Part shown: positions 1 to 9,148 of the stretch, in pieces
Position numbering within the stretch: position 1 is the first letter of the stretch
Layout: each line of letters starts with the position of its first letter
DNA from: an uncultured Desulfobacter sp.
GTDB taxonomy: Bacteria; Desulfobacterota; Desulfobacteria; Desulfobacterales; Desulfobacteraceae
Length of the DNA: 64,000 bases
Reading direction: 5' to 3'
NCBI GenBank assembly: GCA_963665095.1
Contig: OY762069.1
Location: 1,568,001-1,632,000, forward strand
Position numbers and translations under genes: made by a program
The notes under the pieces: model-generated
What the model saw: the letters and a program-made list of their open reading frames with translations, nothing else
Told to the model about the DNA's origin: nothing
The model's database searches: none

Positions 1-345
1 CGGCATCTGAAGTGGCGGGCAATTAAGAAAGGCCTCAATTTTGGAAATAATCGGCCCCATCAGGTCAATGGTGACAATATGGTGCTCAAGCCCCTTACGG
101 GTCAGATATTTACGAAGATTTGCATCAACAAGGGTATGTACAATCAGACTTTCAATATCCTTAACCTTTTCAATGAGGTCATCCACCTGGCTTTCGGTAC
201 GGATCCGGGGCATTTTGACAACAGTAATATTAAAGTCGGGAAACTGAACCAGGGTGGATTCAACCAGGTGAAAGGCATTGAGCCCCTCCCCGCAGGATGC
301 CACATAGATCATCTGAAATTTGTTTGATGCAATCAAGTCGATCAT
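1..345 (-). CDS. Pyruvate,phosphate/water dikinase regulatory protein (DUF299 kinase/pyrophosphorylase), N-terminal part; runs off the window
   Basis: Manual translation of the minus strand from ATG at 345: MIDLIASNKFQMIYVASCGEG...LVQFP...PRIRTE...IVHTLVD..LR...IDLMGPII..IE.FL; matches the PDRP/PSRP N-terminal pattern. Not in the ORF track because it is truncated. Confidence 0.75.
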   Translation of the reverse strand, partial: MIDLIASNKFQMIYVASCGEGLNAFHLVESTLVQFPDFNITVVKMPRIRTESQVDDLIEKVKDIESLIVHTLVDANLRKYLTRKGLEHHIVTIDLMGPIISKIEAFLNCPPLQMP

Positions 346-519
346 GAAATAAGGCCTTTATCCGCTACAGGTTTTAAGATATATACAGCCATGGGTTACC
401 CAAGGGTTTGTTCCAAGGGGTCCCCCTTAAGACTGTACATGAAAGAGGCCCGGATGGGTATTAATTCTTTCATAGGACGCCCCCATACAAAAACCTGAAG
501 AAAGAGTCAAACAAAGATT

Positions 520-951
520 ATGGGACATCAGGATAAAGACCATTACGCAAAAAAACATCCCCATGCAAAGCTGGATCATGCCATTGCCCCCCTTATTCAG
601 CAGGCAGAAAATGACGGCATTTTAGCCTGTGCTGACGCCCATCGCATTGCGAAACAGACCCATTGTACACCTGAAGATATAGGCGTACAGGCGGATCTGC
701 TGGAGCTGCGGCTTGGCAAATGCCAGCTTGGACTGTTCGGATGTATATCCGGCAATAAAAACTTTAACCCGGATGCCCGAATTACATCGGCTGTCAGGAA
801 AATTATTCTTGAAAAACAGTCAGACGGCAGGATTGATTGTAAAACCTGCTGGGATATTGCAAAAGAGTGCAAAATTTCCAGAATTGATATGGGAACCTTT
901 TGTGAGCAGCTTGAAATTCGGATTAAACCCTGTCAGTTAGGGGCATTCTAA
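520..951 (+). CDS. Conserved hypothetical Cys-rich protein with two tandem copies of a small domain
   Basis: Two repeats: CADAHRIA...KCQLGLF and CKTCWDIA...KPCQLGAF. Confidence 0.7.
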   Translation: MGHQDKDHYAKKHPHAKLDHAIAPLIQQAENDGILACADAHRIAKQTHCTPEDIGVQADLLELRLGKCQLGLFGCISGNKNFNPDARITSAVRKIILEKQSDGRIDCKTCWDIAKECKISRIDMGTFCEQLEIRIKPCQLGAF

Positions 952-983
952 ATAGTCTTCAGGCAGCTGATTTCCAGCCCGTT

Positions 984-1361
984 TTAAATTTCAGGTTGAT
1001 CCTCTTTCAGGGTCTGGACTTTTTTAACCGCTTTTTTCCTGCGATGCTGTTTCTGTTTTTTCAACCTGGCTATTTTTTGAACCTGGGCAGGGGGAATCCC
1101 GGTGAACGTTTGCTCAACTTCCTGAATCAGACGTCTAAGGGCCATGAACCGGTTCAGATGCTGGGATCTGTATTTACCGAATTTCACACTAATTCCCGTG
1201 GGTAGATGGGTAAGAAAAACTGCTGAAGAGGATTTATTCACTTTCTGACCGCCACGGCCGGAGGATTTAATAAATTTTTCCAGGATGTCCTTTTTACCTA
1301 TTCCCAGACGCACCATCTTATTTTCAAGTTGTTTGATTTTTGCTTTATCCGGTCCAGCCAT
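984..1361 (-). CDS. Stand-alone RF-1/GGQ-domain peptidyl-tRNA hydrolase (ArfB/PrfH-like ribosome rescue factor)
   Basis: SSGRGGQKVNK...V.LTHLPTGI motif and basic C-terminal tail. Confidence 0.85.
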   Translation of the reverse strand: MAGPDKAKIKQLENKMVRLGIGKKDILEKFIKSSGRGGQKVNKSSSAVFLTHLPTGISVKFGKYRSQHLNRFMALRRLIQEVEQTFTGIPPAQVQKIARLKKQKQHRRKKAVKKVQTLKEDQPEI

Positions 1362-1400
1362 AGCGCCTACGATGGGTTTTCCTGGCAGATGAAAATAGTA

Positions 1401-3950
1401 TCAGGTTTTAACTTTTTGTCTGTCATCCAGTATTTTATCAATGGTATCGGAAAATTCCTTAATAATAAGAGGCTTTGACAATACCCCTTTAATACCACTG
1501 GCCGCCATCATATCACAAGTTATATCCTCACTGAATCCCGTGCAAAGGAAAACCGGAATATCGGAACGTATGGCAAGCAGTTTTTCGCACAGCCGGTTAC
1601 CATTCATCTGCTCCATATACATATCTGTGATGACCAGGTCAAATTTAAACGGGTCTTTTTTAAAACAATCAAGGGCTTCCAGTGGGCTGTCCATGGTAGT
1701 GACATGGCAGCCAAGACGATCCAGTATTGCGCCTGCAATTTTAAGAATGGGGGGTTCATCATCAACATAAAGCGCATGAATTCTGGTTTGAAGAACCTCT
1801 TGACATGAAGGGATCATATCAACGGACTGGCTGTCTGTGGCTTCCCCCTGGTATGCCGGCAGGTATATGTGGAATTCGCTGCCCTTGCCAGGCCGGCTGT
1901 GAACCTTTATGCCACCGCCCATATCCTTGATAATGCCGTAAACCACTGACAGCCCCATACCGGTTCCCATATCTTCCCCTTTTGTCGTGAAAAAGGGCTC
2001 AAATATTTTTTTCATCACATCCCGTGGCATACCTGAGCCTGTGTCAGACACCATCAGGCACGCATACTTACCCGGCTTAATTCTGATAGTGGTGCCGGAT
2101 TGGCTGACACGAACCGGCATTAGCGACAATTTAATCGTGCCGCTATCCCGGGGCATGGCCTGAACAGAATTGGTTATAAGGTTCATAATGACCTGATGCA
2201 TCTGAATGGGATCTGCATAAACCTGCGGCGTGTTTTGATCCACCTCTGTTTCGACTGTAATATACCGCGGGATGCTGGAACTCATTAATTTAAGCACATC
2301 TTCAATGGCAGTTTGTATGAGTAAGGGGCTTCTGACCTCTTTTTTGCGACGGGAAAATGTTAAAATCTGCTGGACCAAATCCTTGGCCCGAACTGCGCTT
2401 TCGTAAATCTGCTGGAGGCTGTCTCGGACCAGAAGATCATGGGCGGGAATCTCCTGAAGAAGAATTTCTGCATGTCCTAAAATGGGAAACAGCATATTGT
2501 TAAAATCGTGGGCAATTCCGCCTGCCAGGGTGCCGATGGACTCTATTTTCTGAGCCTGGGCAATTTTTTCACCCATTTCAATTTCATTTGAAATATCGCG
2601 CTGAACAAATACGTAATTTATAATTTCACCTTTACTATCACGAACCGGAGATATAATGGCATCAACTGTATAAAAAACACCATCCTTTCTTTTATTTATC
2701 ATTTTGCCTGTCCATATACGCCCGGCACTGATGGTCCCCCATAGATTGATAAAAAACTGGGTATTGTGTTCACCACTTCGAAGTATTTTTGCATCACGGC
2801 CGATGCATTCGTCCCGGCTGTAACCGCTCTGGCGCTCAAATGCTGCATTCACGTATTCAATGGTGCATTCGGCATCTGTGATAAAGACGGTATCAGGTAA
2901 CTGCTCAATAGCTGCAAGCAGCATATTCCGCTCTTTTTCAGATTTTTTTTGTTCCGTCATATCACTGGCCACACTGGCAATACGCCAGGGATTTCCCTCT
3001 TTATCCCTGATTAAATTGGTTCGGACAAAAAGGGGAACCAGATCCCCATCAGGGAACAGCGTATCAATTTCACCCTGCCAGGCCCCGTGCTTAACGGTAT
3101 TTTCAATTATTTCCTTCTGGGAAAATTTATAGGTATGCTTCTTCCTGAATTCATCAAAAGAGGGAGTTAAAATCTGCCGACGGGTTCTGTTTATTCTTCG
3201 GCATTCGGCATCATTGACATAGATGGTATTTCCGTCAAGGTCTGTAATTCTGACAAGATCCTGAATATTGTTCAGAACCATGGCCTGAAACTCTATAGAG
3301 TTGCTGTTTTTCTCCCAGGAGGTGACCTCGGCTATAAATCCGGACCACAGGATTCGGCCGTTATTAGAAAATATCGGTTTGACGACACCCTTAATCCATT
3401 TTAGTCTGGAATCCTTTAACCTGATTCTGCACTCTATGACTGAGTCGCTCATAGTAGCGACTGCTTCAGCCATCTGAACTTTTATCCTTTCACGATCCTC
3501 TTGGGGTATAATTTCAATTATATTTTTCGGCCGGAAAATTTCTTTTATCGGCATATCAAACAGGCGAACTGCACCCTGGCTGACAAAGGAAATCTTTATT
3601 TCGCCTGCTGTGTTCTGAATCAATTGAAATACAACACCCGGCAGGCTTGAAATGATATCCCCGGTCAGCGCGTCACGCCCTTTATTCCATGTTAGAATTT
3701 TGTTATGTTCTTTTGTATCAGAACTGGTACCCGGAATCCCGGCAGATGCCCCGTGATGGATGTTGTCCCTGCTGTCCGCCAGGGACAGTTGAAACGGCTT
3801 CCCTCTTTTGTCGCAGTCATCCGGCAGAAAGGCTTTTACTTCTGCCAGCGTAGTTTCAAGAGTAGAGAGATCTTCTCTCAGGGACGCATTTTCAAGCTCA
3901 AGCTCCCGAATTTTTTGCTCGAGCCTTTCGCATGAAGTTTCTATCAACAT
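1401..3950 (-). CDS. Cytoplasmic multi-PAS hybrid histidine kinase with C-terminal receiver
   Basis: Three PAS/PAC segments, H-box GGIAHDFNN, N-box NLITNS, DTGSG, FEPFFTTK, GTGMGL, receiver YVDDE...DLVITD...KP. Confidence 0.93.
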   Translation of the reverse strand: MLIETSCERLEQKIRELELENASLREDLSTLETTLAEVKAFLPDDCDKRGKPFQLSLADSRDNIHHGASAGIPGTSSDTKEHNKILTWNKGRDALTGDIISSLPGVVFQLIQNTAGEIKISFVSQGAVRLFDMPIKEIFRPKNIIEIIPQEDRERIKVQMAEAVATMSDSVIECRIRLKDSRLKWIKGVVKPIFSNNGRILWSGFIAEVTSWEKNSNSIEFQAMVLNNIQDLVRITDLDGNTIYVNDAECRRINRTRRQILTPSFDEFRKKHTYKFSQKEIIENTVKHGAWQGEIDTLFPDGDLVPLFVRTNLIRDKEGNPWRIASVASDMTEQKKSEKERNMLLAAIEQLPDTVFITDAECTIEYVNAAFERQSGYSRDECIGRDAKILRSGEHNTQFFINLWGTISAGRIWTGKMINKRKDGVFYTVDAIISPVRDSKGEIINYVFVQRDISNEIEMGEKIAQAQKIESIGTLAGGIAHDFNNMLFPILGHAEILLQEIPAHDLLVRDSLQQIYESAVRAKDLVQQILTFSRRKKEVRSPLLIQTAIEDVLKLMSSSIPRYITVETEVDQNTPQVYADPIQMHQVIMNLITNSVQAMPRDSGTIKLSLMPVRVSQSGTTIRIKPGKYACLMVSDTGSGMPRDVMKKIFEPFFTTKGEDMGTGMGLSVVYGIIKDMGGGIKVHSRPGKGSEFHIYLPAYQGEATDSQSVDMIPSCQEVLQTRIHALYVDDEPPILKIAGAILDRLGCHVTTMDSPLEALDCFKKDPFKFDLVITDMYMEQMNGNRLCEKLLAIRSDIPVFLCTGFSEDITCDMMAASGIKGVLSKPLIIKEFSDTIDKILDDRQKVKT

Positions 3951-4391
3951 ACACTCTCCAGGAAAATAGGAGTTCAGCGGAAATGATTTATTTTGTAATC
4001 ATTTATTTTGGAATCAGAGCAGGTTGTAAAATTATATATACACTTCATATCTGATAACCAGAAGATAATGCAAGATATTTTTCACAAAATTTCGTTAATC
4101 AGATAAAAAAATCAGTTAAAATCTTATGCGCTTAAAAACCATTCTCTTGTAATAGCCCTGAAACCAGGCGATTCAGAAGCTAATAAATATATTTTTTCTC
4201 CCGGTAGCTGCGAAATTATTCTGCGAATATTTAAAAGCCTTACATGCGGCTTCATCAGGGAGATGTTAATTTATTGATATGTCAGCGCAGTATGGTATAA
4301 GATACAGATTCGGTTGCAGTGTATGAAATCTGCTTCCCGTAATGCTTATAAAATATATTGTGTATCGTATTTAAAATACGGAGGTAAACGC

Positions 4392-4823
4392 TTGTATTCA
4401 AAAATTGTTATCCTGGATTTCCCCCCGCAGGTCGCGCAGAAACCTCTGATTTGCCATCTGGTAAAAGAATATGACCTGCTGGTCAATATTCTTAAGGCAC
4501 AGATCTCTTCCCGAAGTGAAGGGCATATGGTGCTTGAAATGTCATCAGCAGGGAAAGCCGGCTTTAATAAAGGAATCAGTTTTTTAAAAGACCAGGGAGT
4601 CCGGATATCCACACCTGAACATAAAATATACAAGGATGAAGAGATCTGTACCCATTGCGGGGCCTGTACTGCCGTTTGTTCCACAGGTGCCCTGTATATA
4701 AAACGCCCTGAAATGGAGGTAATATTTGACTTAGATAAATGCAGCCTTTGTGAGCGCTGTATTTTGACATGTCCCTCCCGGGCCATGGGGTTGTTCAGCC
4801 AGGATATAAAAGAGACGGCCTGA
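4392..4823 (+). CDS. NIL-domain / 2x[4Fe-4S] ferredoxin protein
   Basis: NIL-like 'KPLICHLVKEYDLLVNILKA' plus CTHCGACTAVC and CSLCERCILTCP; GGAGG then TTG at 4392 preferred over the ORF-track start. Confidence 0.85.
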   Translation: MYSKIVILDFPPQVAQKPLICHLVKEYDLLVNILKAQISSRSEGHMVLEMSSAGKAGFNKGISFLKDQGVRISTPEHKIYKDEEICTHCGACTAVCSTGALYIKRPEMEVIFDLDKCSLCERCILTCPSRAMGLFSQDIKETA

Positions 4824-5866
4824 TGGCAAACCCTGTGGTTGCGGTTGCGCTGAGTGGTGGCATTGACTCACTTGCGGCAGGGTTTCTTGTCAGGCAGCAG
4901 TTTAAGCAAGTTTTCGGTATTCACTTCACCACCGGATATGAAACAAATAGTTTGGATATAGCCATGCTTGAGGCCATGCTTGGATTTCCGGTCTACTCTG
5001 TTGACCTGTCACAGGCATTTGAAACCCGGGTGGTGAATTACTTTGTTTCCGCCTACATGGCCGGCAAAACCCCGAACCCATGCCTGGTCTGCAATGAACG
5101 TATAAAATTTTCAGCGTTGCTTGACCATGCCGAACAGCGTGGTGCTGATGCCCTGGCCACCGGTCACTATGCCTCAGTAATCAACGCCATCAATGATAAC
5201 ACAATGGATCAGAAACAGGCCTGGCTGGAAAGAGGAGCAGACCTTAAAAAAGACCAGTCCTATTTCCTGTCCATGGTAAACCCACAAATTCTTGACAGAG
5301 TTATTTTTCCTTTGGCTTTTCTGACAAAATCCCATGTGCGCTCTCTTTGCAAAACGCACAAATTGACTCCGGTCCTGACGGATGAAAGCCAGGATATCTG
5401 CTTTCTTCCCAGCGGGAAGCATGGCATTTTTATCGAAGAAAAGACAGGGAGAAAACCTGCATCCGGCCCGGTAGTGGATGGAAAGGGAAACAAAATAGGC
5501 ACACACCAGGGGCTTCACAGTTTTACTGTGGGGCAGCGCAAGGGCATAAATATCCCAGGCACGGAACCCTATTATGTCAAAAAAATTGATCTGACAACCA
5601 ACACCCTGCATGTATGCTGTAAGCATGAACTTGCCGTAAAACAGATGATGGTTGAACAGCTTATCTGGAACTTTCCTGAACATGAAAACATAGATAAGCT
5701 AACCGTTCAGATAAGGTACCGTCATGCAGCAGCCAAGGCGGACATAGAGAGGATAGGCAACCAGATGCGGGTTACATTCGACACACCGCAGCATGCGGTC
5801 ACCCCAGGTCAGGCTGCAGTATTTTACCAGGGAAATCGTGTTCTTGGTGCTGGAATTATAGCGTAG
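4823..5866 (+). CDS. mnmA: tRNA 2-thiouridine(34) synthase MnmA (C-type, CxxC)
   Basis: SGGIDS, TPNPCLVCN, ATGHY, KDQSYFL, ESQDICF, TVGQRKG, TPGQAAVFY; ATG overlaps the upstream TGA. Confidence 0.95.
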   Translation: MANPVVAVALSGGIDSLAAGFLVRQQFKQVFGIHFTTGYETNSLDIAMLEAMLGFPVYSVDLSQAFETRVVNYFVSAYMAGKTPNPCLVCNERIKFSALLDHAEQRGADALATGHYASVINAINDNTMDQKQAWLERGADLKKDQSYFLSMVNPQILDRVIFPLAFLTKSHVRSLCKTHKLTPVLTDESQDICFLPSGKHGIFIEEKTGRKPASGPVVDGKGNKIGTHQGLHSFTVGQRKGINIPGTEPYYVKKIDLTTNTLHVCCKHELAVKQMMVEQLIWNFPEHENIDKLTVQIRYRHAAAKADIERIGNQMRVTFDTPQHAVTPGQAAVFYQGNRVLGAGIIA

Positions 5867-5967
5867 TTGACCGACCAGATCGTTTATCCATAATATTCTG
5901 TCAAAATCAAGCAAACAGAGTACATCACAAAAATTAAAAGAAGAGCACCATTTTATCTGCAATATCA

Positions 5968-7311
5968 ATGAAACAAAAAAAGTTTTACATAGAATCCCTG
6001 GGGTGTAAAGTCAACAAGTATGAATCAGACGGCATAGCAGCCCAGCTTGAGGGCCAGGGACATCTTCGGGTTGATAAAAACATGCCCGCAGACATCTGTA
6101 TTATCAACACCTGCGCTGTCACCTCAAAAGCCGGCATGCAGTCCAGGCAGGCGACCAGACGACTGATCCGGGAACATCCGGATGCCGTTATTTTAGTCAC
6201 AGGCTGCCATGCCCAGACAGATCCGGACCAGTTTAAAAAAATTGCAGGCGTTGATCACATTGTCTGCCATCAGGATAAACCACTGATCAGCAGGTTCCTT
6301 GATGAAAATGACTGTTTATGCCCAAGCTTTGAGTTCAGAAAACCGCAGTTTACCAAAAGCGAGGCCTTTATCGGATTTGATCAGCCTGTGTCAGGAAAGA
6401 TGACCCGGGTTTATCTGAAAATCCAGGACGGCTGTAACCAGTTCTGCTCTTACTGCATTATTCCCTATGCCAGGGGCGCTTCCGTGTCTATGCCGGTGGA
6501 CCAGGTGCTGGCCCATGTGTCCGGTTTAAGCAGAAAAGGGTTTTCAGAAATAATATTAACTGGCATTCATACCGGGCTGTATGGCGTAGATTTACATCCT
6601 TCCACATCATTAACCGAGCTTGTAGAAATACTTGATAAAAAACAGCTGGCTGAGCAGATACGGATATCATCCATAGAGCCCAATGAAATTACAGATTCGC
6701 TTATTCAAATGGCCAGGCCCGGACATATTCTGTGCGACCATTTTCACATTCCGCTGCAGGCCGGCGATAATGACGTACTCAAAAAAATGAAGCGGCCCTA
6801 TACAGTTGAACAATTTACTGAAGTGATTCATAAAATCCATGAGGACCTGCCCTGGGCCGGTATCGGCCTGGACGTCATTGTAGGGTTTCCCGGTGAAACT
6901 GAAACCGCCTTTGAAAACAGTTATAGATTGATTGAAAATCTGCCGGTATCATATCTTCATGTATTTCCGTTCTCACCAAGAAAGGGAACCCCTGCCTGGC
7001 ATTTTGCCTCAAAAGTCCCCGCTTCCGTCGCCAGACAACGGGCCTCAAAGATGCGCGCTTTAGGAGAATATAAGCGGCAGGCTTTTATTCGTGCCAACCA
7101 GGGACGTACGCTTCAAGGCGTGATTCAGCACCAAAGAGACCGAGACACAGGCCAGCTCAAAGCCGTTACATCCAACTACCTGACAGTTCTCATCAACGAA
7201 GATTCATGTTCGAGTGATCAGAATCCCGAGTTACTTAAAGGCAAAACCATCCATCTTGTATATGATCAGTTCGATAAAAACTGCACAATTAGAGGCCGTA
7301 TTATTATATGA
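5968..7311 (+). CDS. mtaB: tRNA t6A37 methylthiotransferase MtaB (radical SAM)
   Basis: LGCKVNKYES, INTCAVT, KIQDGCNQFCSYCIIP, RISSIEP, VIVGFPGET, HVFPFSPRKGTPA. Confidence 0.92.
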   Translation: MKQKKFYIESLGCKVNKYESDGIAAQLEGQGHLRVDKNMPADICIINTCAVTSKAGMQSRQATRRLIREHPDAVILVTGCHAQTDPDQFKKIAGVDHIVCHQDKPLISRFLDENDCLCPSFEFRKPQFTKSEAFIGFDQPVSGKMTRVYLKIQDGCNQFCSYCIIPYARGASVSMPVDQVLAHVSGLSRKGFSEIILTGIHTGLYGVDLHPSTSLTELVEILDKKQLAEQIRISSIEPNEITDSLIQMARPGHILCDHFHIPLQAGDNDVLKKMKRPYTVEQFTEVIHKIHEDLPWAGIGLDVIVGFPGETETAFENSYRLIENLPVSYLHVFPFSPRKGTPAWHFASKVPASVARQRASKMRALGEYKRQAFIRANQGRTLQGVIQHQRDRDTGQLKAVTSNYLTVLINEDSCSSDQNPELLKGKTIHLVYDQFDKNCTIRGRIII

Positions 7312-7352
7312 TTTATTCCTGAAGTAGGATAAAAGGCTGGGCCGCATCTTTT

Positions 7353-8120
7353 TCAGAACCCCCTGGCTTTTCGGATATGCTCATATGCTTCCTGAATTTC
7401 AGTAAATTTGTCCGTGGCAAATTTAACAAATTCCTCGGGTAATCCCTTGGCCTGAATTTTATCAGGATGGTACTCCTGAACCAGAGTCCGGTACTGTTTC
7501 TTTATCTCTTCAACGCTGGCATTTTCATCGCATTTCAAAACCGCATAATAAGGATCTGATTTTTTAACATATCTGGATTTCAACCGGTCAAACTGAGATC
7601 CCGAAAGTTTGAAAATCCGGGCAGCAGATGCCAGCATCGCCTCCTCCTTTGAAGAGACAGTGCCATCTGCAGAAGAGACCCTGAGCAGAACATCCATCAT
7701 CAGCTCAATGATATTTGTATGGTACTTGAAGACGGAGTAAAACTGATGGGCATAATCTTCAAAGGATTCAGGTGCTGTCACCGCTTTTCTGAAAATATTC
7801 TGTGCCGTCTGCCGGGTTGCGTCGTCAAGCTGAAGGTCGTTGATCATAAAGCGCTCAACCGCTTTAATTTCCGCTTCATTGATTCGGCCGTCCGCTTTAC
7901 TGATTTTCGCAAGCATGGAAAAAGCGGCTGTAAAAAATATCAGTTGGGCCTCTTCATTAGATGACAGTCCGACACCTTTGCGGCCGGGGATGGAACGTAA
8001 ATATTCATCTTCTTTTTTATCGACAAATGCATGGCCAAAAGCAGCCCCTGCAACCGCTCCGAGGGGCCCGCCAAGGGCAAGACCAATGGTGCCGCCAATC
8101 ATTTTACCAAGCCAGCTCAT
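7353..8120 (-). CDS. djlA: Co-chaperone DjlA (TerB-like + DnaJ domain)
   Basis: N-terminal WLGKMIGG...GH.F, KADGRI, C-terminal J domain with YHPDK. Confidence 0.9.
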   Translation of the reverse strand: MSWLGKMIGGTIGLALGGPLGAVAGAAFGHAFVDKKEDEYLRSIPGRKGVGLSSNEEAQLIFFTAAFSMLAKISKADGRINEAEIKAVERFMINDLQLDDATRQTAQNIFRKAVTAPESFEDYAHQFYSVFKYHTNIIELMMDVLLRVSSADGTVSSKEEAMLASAARIFKLSGSQFDRLKSRYVKKSDPYYAVLKCDENASVEEIKKQYRTLVQEYHPDKIQAKGLPEEFVKFATDKFTEIQEAYEHIRKARGF

Positions 8121-8235
8121 TTAAAAACCTTTGAATTTTCTTGTCTCATAAGGGTGTTAATCCTTGCCAAAAAACTGGTTTTTCAATATAAACACTATTA
8201 TCTTTATCGTCAAACAATAACAGGAAATAGCAAGG

Positions 8236-8499
8236 GTGCTGATAAAAAACATCGTCGGAGCCATTATCATCATTTTAAATATGGCAGGGCTTGGATTCCT
8301 GTTCTATTTAAGTGTTGTCAGCCGATTCAGCCACACTGACACCAGTGAATCATCCGGTTTTAACAATATGTCAAGAACCGGTCCTGCGGACAGACAGCCT
8401 GTTATCATTGACGAGGATATCATCCCTGACGAAGATGATCTGTTAAAAGATATGGATCTTTCTGATCTTGACAGCCTGGACCTGGATGATTTTAACTGA
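8236..8499 (+). CDS. Small membrane protein with acidic C-terminal tail
   Basis: One hydrophobic helix, D-rich tail; directly upstream of the BON gene. Confidence 0.5.
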   Translation: MLIKNIVGAIIIILNMAGLGFLFYLSVVSRFSHTDTSESSGFNNMSRTGPADRQPVIIDEDIIPDEDDLLKDMDLSDLDSLDLDDFN

Positions 8500-8500
8500 T

Positions 8501-9109
8501 ATGCTGACACGACTCTTTTTAAAGAACAGTATACGATCTGTCTGGATAACGCTTTTGCTTCTCATCCTGATGATGGCAGCAGGCTGTTCCACCGGTAATC
8601 CAGACACCGGATCTCCGGTCTATAGCCACTCCTCTGCAGAACAGCCCGGACGTTCCCCGGCAGATGTTATCAGTGACTCCCTGCTCTATTCCCGTGTTGC
8701 GCTAAAATTTAACTCAGACGATATGGTGGATGACGACGGTATACATATCAAAGTAAGAAAAGGCGCTGTCTATCTTGATGGCAGAGTGGCTGACATCTAT
8801 CAGCGCCGCATTGCCACAGACTTAGCCCGAAGTGTTGAGGGGGTGGTCCGGGTTGTGAACCGTCTGCAGATTGCAAATCAAGGCACTGTATTTGTGAATC
8901 CGGAACTTCAGATCAAAACACAGATCACCATGGCTTTAATCAGCGACCCTGAGTTGAACAGTCAGCCGTTATCAGTGATGGTAACCCCGGATCAGGTAAT
9001 ATTGTCTGGCAAGGTTAAAGCATCTTATCAAATCCGAAAAGCAGAAAGTCTTGCTGCATCCTATGCCGGCCAGAGACGCGTGGTCAGCCAGATTCAAATC
9101 ATGGACTGA
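8501..9109 (+). CDS. Dual-BON-domain lipoprotein (OsmY/DolP-like)
   Basis: Lipobox AAGC, two BON repeats (G.VYLDG.V...A...A.SV.GV..V.N.L). Confidence 0.85.
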   Translation: MLTRLFLKNSIRSVWITLLLLILMMAAGCSTGNPDTGSPVYSHSSAEQPGRSPADVISDSLLYSRVALKFNSDDMVDDDGIHIKVRKGAVYLDGRVADIYQRRIATDLARSVEGVVRVVNRLQIANQGTVFVNPELQIKTQITMALISDPELNSQPLSVMVTPDQVILSGKVKASYQIRKAESLAASYAGQRRVVSQIQIMD

Positions 9110-9148
9110 TACAGACATCTATGCCTGATGCGGTCTTCAGGGCAGATA

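Noticed and set aside
4096..4109. TAATCAGATAAAAA, weak match to the flagellar operator motif
   Set aside because: Lacks the TGA half, lies in AT-rich DNA and has no paired site; likely chance.
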